Shown: piece after piece, positions 54,401-64,000 of the stretch
How positions within the stretch are numbered: position 1 is the stretch's first letter
How the letters are laid out: each line of letters begins with the position of its first letter
Assembly: GCF_006345805.1 (NCBI RefSeq)
Contig: NC_042998.1
Span: 151,776,001 to 151,840,000 of the forward strand
Source: Octopus sinensis
Lineage: Eukaryota
Direction of reading: 5' to 3'
Length of the DNA stretch: 64,000 nt
Position numbers and translations under genes: made by a program
The notes under the pieces: generated by a model
The model's input: the letters and a program-made list of their open reading frames with translations, nothing else
Database searches by the model: none
Told to the model about the DNA's origin: nothing

Positions 54401-55350
54401 CCGCACTCGCTTAAAAAATAATTTATATTTTTGACTCCTTTCCTGCAGGTTCTACATTTGTTGTCTGAATTTCATTTCTTTCGATTTGTTTGTTCTGTTG
54501 TTCTTTCTTTTTTCATTGAATTCTCCTACCGTTTCAGTCATATATTGGATATCGTCGGCTGCGTTTTCTTTAGTTTCTTAATTAGTATTTGTTTTGTTGT
54601 CACTGCAGGAATTAATGATAACATGGCTAGAGCAGTGGTTCCAACAGCAATGATGAGTAACTTATTTCCTCTCATGAAGAATAGGAAGAGGAGAAGAAGG
54701 AAGAGTAGGCGAAGGAAGAGGAAGAGTGGGAAGAAAATGCGGATCTTATCAATACTTTTACCAACTACACACAGACCAGCAAACATTGTAACATAAAACG
54801 GCAACGATGACAATCGTATACACATAACAGTAACAACAATAATATTCTTTCTAATTTTAGCACAAGACTAGCAATATTGAGGGGAAGGATAAGTAAATAA
54901 GTTGTACTTATTTTATCGATACCTAAATGATGAATGGCATTATCGACCTTTCACCACATTTTCTATATTTTCAATAAAACTTAACATGAAAATTACAGAA
55001 CACACCTAAATATGAACGCATAACCAACTTTGGTCTCAGTGTATATTTTAATTCATGATCACATACACATCACTGTACATATTTCATCTCACTACTTTAG
55101 CTTTTGATTTTTGTATATTTATTTATCTCCCCATCCCCAATAAAAAATGCAATTACGTCCCCTGTCCCGAATAATAATGATCACCACTTACCTACCCTTA
55201 GATTTTTCTACTTGTTCATTCACTCACAAACTTAATTCCAAGGATATGGACTAAAATCTTCCCAAGAAAATACGAAATACGATAATTTCAATATCATAAT
55301 TAGCGAAAGCGAAACCAGTTGACAAACACAAACTATTTCACTTGTTTTGA

Positions 55351-55433
<83 letters not shown>

Positions 55434-56596
55434 CCAAATAAGTAACAAGGATATCCATTTAATTGAACAATACAATCATTACATCAATTTAAAATGCAGA
55501 GCAATCTTCAGCTGACAAAGACAGAATTTAATTTAATTAAATTAGAACATGCTGTCTCAATCCAGCATAGAAGTTACTAAGTTTACAAGAAGATATACAT
55601 TGTTACAGACTCTGCCTGTTACTGATTTTTTGTTTTTATGGGGTCGGTTTTAATTTATAGACTAGTTTATCAAATCCCTTGCATATTTAAAACTGAGAGA
55701 ACAGAGGGCAGTATCTGTTAGGGTTGATGGAGCAAACATACATCATAGTTGGTATAGTCATAAAAATCAAGATTTATTAGACGCAGTATCATGAGGTTTG
55801 GTAAAAACAAGATGTTAGCTGACAATTAAGGGGGTCGCCCACTAGCAGACTATTGATAATGAAACAGGGGAAGTCTTATCATGTAGTACTATAATTAAAT
55901 ATTTTAAACAAGTTGCTATATTGTATACAGTTAAAGTTTAGGGTTATTTGGAGGATTATTAAGAAGAATATTATAACAAACGGATAGAGATTCATGAATA
56001 CTTTTGAGTATATACCAAACTTTTATCACAATAGAGGTAGGGAAAGAAATTATCCAGAAATAGTTTAATATTTATACATATTGTACACTTGTATACTAAC
56101 TCATAAGATGGTATCTGTGAATATTGATTAATTGGTATATACTGATATTAACAAAGGTGTATTGAGGTAAAGGAACATGCTAATTATATATTAATAAAAT
56201 TATAATCTAAGCAGTTTTTTTAATAAGTAATGAATTTAGTTTTATATAAGCTAAGTATGAATTTATAGAGATACAAAAATTAATGAATATAGTAATGAAT
56301 ATAGTTTTATATAAGCTAAGTATGAATTTATAGAGATACAAAAATTAAATTAATTTTATGAATAAATAAAGGCTAATTATAAAATAATAAAGAAATAAAA
56401 TAAAATAATCAAGTTGGGCAAAACATCATAGAAAAGGAAATAAAACAGCTTAATTACTAATACTATGGTAAAGTATATGTAGCTTATTAACACCAATAGA
56501 GAAGATTTGCTTATTTTAATCACCTTCCTTTGAAATTGTATGGATAATACCATACTTGATTCTGGTGCCTCAACTTAAGTACTATATTTATCTGAA

Positions 56597-56687
<91 letters not shown>

Positions 56688-56718
56688 ACGTATATATATA
56701 TATATATATATATATATG

Positions 56719-57345
<627 letters not shown>

Positions 57346-58520
57346 CCCTCCTCTTAGTGACTGCCTCTACACCTCCCGCAACAAGCAACTTTATTTCTTC
57401 TTTCTTCTCTTCTCTTCTCTTTTTTCCTTTTTCATTCCTTACGTGCAATTACGTCTTTTTGATTGGATCAACTTTCTTTTTTATTGTTTTTATTATTTTT
57501 TTGTTTTTTTATTATTTATAATTTATCGTTTTTATAAATTATTGATTTTATACACGAACACATACACGCACATACTCACGTATCCACGAACACACTTATA
57601 CCTCCCACACACCACACACATACAAACTACATACATGCACATATACACACACAAACTTCCACACACATACACACACGCATACATACACATATACACACAT
57701 CCACATACACCCAAGCGCACACACACACATACACAAACGTACACACACAGACAACAGGAATGCACAGAAACCTATCCCACCCAACCCCACGCACACACAG
57801 ACGCCCATACCTTTAGACACACACACATAAACGTACACACAACCACATACACGCACATACTCAAGCACACGGGCGTACACACAATAAAATGCACGCAACC
57901 TGACACACGTCTCCACGTTCACACACACATATACACACGCACGCACATACACACATGCACATACACACATACATACGCACATAATACACGCACATAATAC
58001 ACGCACACACACATATACACACACACCAGCAGATTCCCACATATACTTCCAACAAACAATACTCATACAGATACGCACACAATTATACACACATGGGTAC
58101 AGATACACGCGCACACACACGCACACGCACACAAGCACACGCACATTACGTCTACACAACTCCCAAAACCCCCACACACACGCATACACAAACATGCGCA
58201 CACATACGCACGCACACACTCACACGAATGCATACACCTAACACTCACAACCCCATGGATACACGTATGTACATCCACATACGCATACACACACACACAT
58301 ACACACGCACACATACACACATACTCACACACGCACACGTAGACCTGCGCGCACGCACACATGCACACTTACACACACATACCTCCTCTTGCACTCTCCT
58401 GTCTTTGAAAGAACTTTTTCTTCACCCATTCTCCTCCGGTCATTCCAAATGTGAACGCGTGTGTACCGTTGGCGATTTTCTTCCTCCGTCTTCCTTTCTT
58501 TGGATCTTTCCTTTTCGTAT

Positions 58521-58555
58521 GTTTCTGATGAAGAGCTCCGCTCGAAACGTTAAAC
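58521..58555 (+). ncRNA. minimal type-I hammerhead, intact
   Basis: GUUU-CUGAUGA-A-GAGC(UCC)GCUC-GAAA-CGUU|AAAC. Confidence 0.8.
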
Positions 58556-58656
58556 CTTCCTTCTTTACTTCTTTCCTGAGCGTCCAATAATACTATACTT
58601 GCTCCACGTCCTCGCGTTGTTGTGTTTTCTCTTTGTGTTTTCATGTTTGGATTAAC

Positions 58657-58751
<95 letters not shown>

Positions 58752-58789
58752 ATGTATATACATATATATGCAATATGCGTGTCACTAAC

Positions 58790-61695
58790 AGAAACACCTA
58801 AATGTGGATGTATCGGATGCCGAGGTACACATACCAGGATATGTTGTGCTACGAACCGACAGACGAGAAAGGTCTCATGGAGGAGTGGCAATATACATCC
58901 GTGATGATGTCACGCCCATGGTACTCTTGTCGCACTCCAACACAATGGTAGTACACATTAAACAGATAAGGATGGTAATATGTATCACATATCGCCCACA
59001 AGATGCGCTAGATCATGAGAACTCATTTGAAGAGTGCCTCCAAAAAATGAGAGATGTTCTGACAAATCTCGATAATGATCTGCACTTCTCTTAGGGGATT
59101 TCAATCTCCCTCATGTAAAATGACCAGAGGGTTGTTCCCTTTCAAGTATGTCACTTCAAAATCGGAATCATGCAGAGTCTTTGCTTGACTTCACTGACAC
59201 AGTTTATGGAGCAGATGGTGCATCACCCCACAAGGGAAAAGAATATTCTGGACCTATGTTTCGCAAACAGCTCGACACTCATACATGACGTGAAAGTGAC
59301 ACCGACGCTTTTTTCGGACCATAATTTAATAGAGATAATGATGTATGGACCGCAAAAGACCACGGACATACGAAATACTAGAAACGCTCATCTCATCTCT
59401 AGCCTGAATTTCCACAAAGCTGACTGGAAAGGCATTGAGAAAGAGGTCCTCAAATGTAACTGGTCCACCATCCTCTCAGGGGAAAACATCGACATGAAAC
59501 TACAGAACTTCATAGCAAGCAGATATGATATCTGCATTAAGTTTACCGCCAAAGGGAACATCAAATCAACGGGCGAAGGAAAATATAATACCCAGGGATA
59601 GGAGGGTACCAATGAGACGAAGAGCAAAACTCTCAAACCATCTAAAGGGACATCTAAAAGATTTCAGGCGAATCCACCTTGAATGCACCTTGCTTGAGAT
59701 TGAAAACGCACTCAAACTTTCCTATGAAAAAGAAAGACCAGAAAAGGAAGCCAGGGCTATCAAAAACATTAAAGCGGACCCTAAGGCCTTCTATAGGTAT
59801 GTGAAAGAATCTGCTTCAGTGCGCTACAAAATAGGGTCGCTACTAGATGAAAATGGCTCACCAACTGCGGACCCCCAGAGAATCAGTGAATTACTGAATG
59901 CACAATACAAGAGTGCTTTCAGCATACCGCTGGGGAAGCTACGAGTGAATGTACCAGATAGGTTCTTTCACCCCGAAGACACGTATTGTGAAATGGCAAC
60001 TATTGATAACATCAACATAGAGGAAACTGATGTGACATCAGCCATTGAAGAGCTGAGCTCGAACTCGGCAACGGGCCCTGATGGATTCCCTGCAATCCTC
60101 CTAAAGAAATGTAAAAGAGCTCAAGCCAGACCGCTTCAAATCCTTTTCCAGGAGTCCCTCAGGATAGGGAAACTCCAAAAAAATCTAAAAGAGGGAATAA
60201 TATGCCCCATCCATAAGGGAGGAAGCAGGACAGAGGCTAGGAATTATAGACCTGTCTCCCTGACCTCCCACATCAGTAATGTCATGAAGCGCATTGTCAG
60301 GAAGAGACTGATTGAGTTCCTTCAGGACAATGACCTGCTCTCAGACAGCGAATATGATTTTCGCCCGGGAAGGAGCTATCTTACATAGCTTCTGCGACAC
60401 TATGACTGGGTACTGAAGCAATTAATGAACTGCTCAAAAGTGGATGTGGTATACCTCGACTTTGCGAAGGCATTTGACAAGGTCGACCATGGAATGATAT
60501 GCCACAAAATATGGGGACTCAGGATCACAGGTAAAGTCGGAGAGTGGCTGCATGATTTCCTAAAGGACAGGAGCCAAACTGTAGCATCCAACGGAGCTCT
60601 TTCCACAAATACACTAATAGTGAGTGGAGTGCCCCAAGGCGCTGTGCTGGGCCACTGCTTTTCATGGTAGCCCTATCAGATATGCTATCAGTGACAAAGG
60701 CAGTCATGCTTACCACCTATGCCGACGTCACAAAAGTCGCAGTCAGTCAAGGAAACCTCTGATGCTACATTCTTACAGAAAGATCTGGATACCATCTATA
60801 CATGAGCTGAGGATAACAACATGCAATTTAATGCAAGTAAATTCCAGGCCCTCCGCTACCAGCTAAGCACTGCTCAGGAATCACGACATCAGTACGTTGG
60901 ACCAAGTGGAGCAACGATCCCAGAATCAAATACGGTGCGTGATCTTGGAATAGAAATGAACAACAATGCCTCATTTCACACACATCTCAACAAAATGGAA
61001 GCAGTATCCAGAAGACTGGCTGGCTGGATTCTGAGAACCTTCCGGACAAGGGACCAAGAAACTATGATGACACTATGGAAGTCATTTATCCTCAGCTGCC
61101 TGGACTACTGCTCTCAGCTATGGTCGCCTTATACTAAAGGACGATAGCAGAGCTTGAAGCAGTCCAACAACATTACACAAAGAAAGTTGCATCAATGGAA
61201 CGATTGAGTTACTGGGACAGGTTGAAAGAGCTGCGACTCTATTCCCTGGAACGAAGGCGGGAGAGGTATTCAGTGATACATATATGGAAGATACTGGAAG
61301 GACTGGTACCAAACTTTGGAATAAAGAGCTATACCAGACCGCAAACAGGACGTCACTGTGCTGTCCCCATTGTGCAGAATGCTTCATCTCGGGCAAGGGC
61401 GATGTACTGCAATAGCTTGGGTTTCAAGGGCCCACTGCTGTTTAACTGTCTGCCGAAGCATCTGAGGAGCCACCATGGAGTGGATGTAGACGTTTTGAAA
61501 CGTGAACTTGACCTCTGGCTCGCCGAGATCCCGGATGAGCCAAAATCTAAGTAAAAAACTCAAAAGAGGGCTGTAGCATCGAACTCCATCCTTCACCAGA
61601 AGCCGGTCCGACAAAGGTGGAAAGTTGAAAGATGATTACAATGGCGGTGCTCCAGCATGGCCACAGTCATTGGACTGAGACATATAAGAGAATAA
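58790..61695 (+). mobile_element. CR1-group LINE ORF2 (APE + RT), decayed, with 3' tail
   Basis: IPGY...RTDR..GGVAIY, ILDLCF, SDHNLI, NYRPVSLTS, YLDFAKAFDKVDH, SGVPQG, YAD, LYSLERRRERY, PDEP. Confidence 0.88.
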
Positions 61696-61728
61696 GGGAA
61701 TATATATATACATATATATATACATAAC

Positions 61729-61840
<112 letters not shown>

Positions 61841-61897
61841 GAAATATTAAAATTACTAAGTCTCTCTAAAAGAGAACAACGGCAGCGTTCCCGGAAA

Positions 61898-62115
61898 ATA
61901 ATAGTTATCGCCATACTAATATGGCATTCTTATAAAAATAAGAATAAAGCTGTCCGCTTATTAGCGCCATGAGGCCATCGCCTTAAGTTAGCTATATGGA
62001 TACAGTTTGTGTATCAAATAGCTAAGTTAAGGCGATGGCCTCATGGAGCTAATAAGCGGACAGCTTTATTCTTATTTTTATAAGAATGCCATATTAGTAT
62101 GGCGATAACTATTAT
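61898..62115. repeat. 218-bp near-perfect palindrome adjoining (TA)n
   Basis: ~98-bp arms (ATAATAGTTATCGCCATACT... / ...AGTATGGCGATAACTATTAT) with about two mismatches. Confidence 0.9.
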
Positions 62116-62608
62116 ATATATATATATATATATATATATTAATTAATGATTTTTTGGCTAATTTTGAAATTAAGTCAGCAGTTTATATTTGCTGCTGAGA
62201 AGACCGCGCGATTGCGGTAGATTTTGAAAATTTATAACATATAGACTGGAGGCTTCCTTACCATCGCCTCGTAGATATATACTCGTCCTTGGCTTCTCTG
62301 CTGACGAGTCACGCCAGTTGTAAATATATTTAATTTAATTAAATTAATTTGTTTACCAAAGTTTGCCGAAACTATGCATAGTCCAGAGATGAAAGAGGTA
62401 AACGTTTTTATTTCTCTTTCAATTTCAGAATTATAACTATTAGCGGTTTGAGTTTGGCTGCTCTTTCTAGTGAGTCGAATATCCTATTATGGCCATTCCT
62501 TATATTTTTGAATGTATATTATATAGTCTTTGACTATCTTTTCTTTCTCGCTGGACCGCTGGACCGCTTTTCTAGAATTTTTTGCTACCCTTATATTTAT
62601 TAATATAT

Positions 62609-62693
<85 letters not shown>

Positions 62694-62696
<3 letters not shown>

Positions 62697-64000
62697 TGGC
62701 GGCCAAAATGTTCAGAACGGCATTGTTTTCGTCAGAAAAGTAGATATAATTTTTTATCAAAGTTGTTTTATATTCTATAATTTTCACAGACAATAAATAC
62801 AATATTAATTTTTATTGTCTAAGATTTTGGTGTAATTTGAGAGGACAATACAAAAGTTATGGGTGATTTAGTGATTTTACTGCAAAACCCATGGCGGCCA
62901 AAATGATCAGAACGGTTGCTTTTACTCAGAACGGTTGCTTTTAGTATATTTAACCGGCGAACTCTAATGTTTTGAATTTGTTTACCTGACGGTTCCTTTA
63001 CTAAACATTAGTAAGAATATTTGCAGTGTACTTTGTTAATATAATGCCACTTACTCCGTTACAAATTTGTCAGCAGATTATTAAGCTTCGAAGGAAGGAT
63101 AATTTAAGTATTGGATCTATTGCAAAGATTGTTAACAAGTCAAAAGGTGTTGTACACGGTATTCTTAAGGTCTACGATGATTGTGGTTCGTGTGAAGCAA
63201 GAAAGTTTAAAGGTAGGCCAAGAAAAACGACCAAGAGAGAAGATCGTGCTATGGTAAAGTTGGTTAAAAAAGACATATTTAAAACTGCTTCCGCTGTTTC
63301 TCAAAACTGTGTCTCGTCGTTTAGTTGAACATGACCTACAAGCAAGAGCACCTGCAGTGAAGCCACTGATCAGCTCCAAGAATAAAAAAGTGTCGCCTTA
63401 CCTTTGCAACCGAACATGTGTTGTGGTCTCAAGAAAAATGGCAAACGGTGCATTTCAGTGATGAATCTAAGTTTATGTTATTTGGCTCAGATGGGAAAAG
63501 GTTTGTAGAAAAGTAGGTGAAAAATTGTCGCCTAAACGCCTTAAGACTAGTGTTAAATTCGGTGGAGGAAGTGTCATGGTTTGGGGGATGATATCTGGAG
63601 ATGGTGTGGGCCCTTTGGTACGATTACATGGAAAGGTAAATGCAGGAGTTTATAAACAACTTGTAAAAGATCATGTCTTGCCTGTGCTGAGAAATTCAAC
63701 TAAGCGACCACCCATATTCATGCAGGACAACGCCCCATGTCACAAGGCTAAGGTAGTCATGAACTTCTTCAAGGTTGAAAAGGTTATTGTTATGGATTGG
63801 CCTGCTCAAAGCCCAGATCTCAATCCTATTGAAAATGTATGGAATATTCTAGGAGAACGTTCGAAAGCCAGAAATCCTAAAACAACTGAGCAATTATGGA
63901 ATTCCCTTCAGGAAGAATGGAATAAGATCACCCCAGCAAGAAATTGAAAATTTATTTTCCTCATGCAGTCGAAGATGTCAGAGTGTGATTGAAGCTAAAG
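62694..64000 (+). mobile_element. Tc1-family transposon (DD34E), frameshifted, right end beyond window
   Basis: TA|CAGTGGCGGCCAAAATG TIR in (TA)n; ATG at 63044; FSDESKF, VKFGGGSVMVWG, QDNAPCH, SPDLNPIENVW with 34 residues between the second D and E. Confidence 0.92.

Noticed and set aside
55430-56550. Possible decayed PLE between (TA)n tracts (CTGAAGA on minus near 55505)
   Set aside because: No convincing translation or complete HHR fold by eye

Overview
AT-rich, microsatellite-saturated animal DNA. The SINE families and repeat mix suggest an octopus/cephalopod (inference from recalled repeat families, not a search). No host protein-coding gene can be supported; almost all listed ORFs are microsatellite read-throughs or transposon remnants. 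Content: (i) at least nine R4/Dong-type non-LTR retrotransposon pieces, usually bounded by (TAA)n, one interrupted by a complete 1.6-kb Helitron; (ii) two RTE-group LINEs and one CR1-group LINE; (iii) four mariner remnants, one Tc1 (DD34E) element and a hAT-like MITE; (iv) two tRNA-derived SINE families; (v) many Penelope-like element (PLE) remnants (two GIY-YIG endonuclease types, an RT fragment, terminal repeats) next to (TA)n, several carrying minimal type-I hammerhead ribozyme (HHR) motifs and often arranged as outward-facing inverted pairs. The best candidate for an undescribed system is at 37867-39130: a tRNA-headed (pol III A/B box) SINE-like element that carries a PLE-type hammerhead, present as a head-to-head inverted pair, with an R4 fragment nested in its (TAA)n spacer. 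All alignments and folds were done by eye; boundaries are approximate unless termini are quoted.
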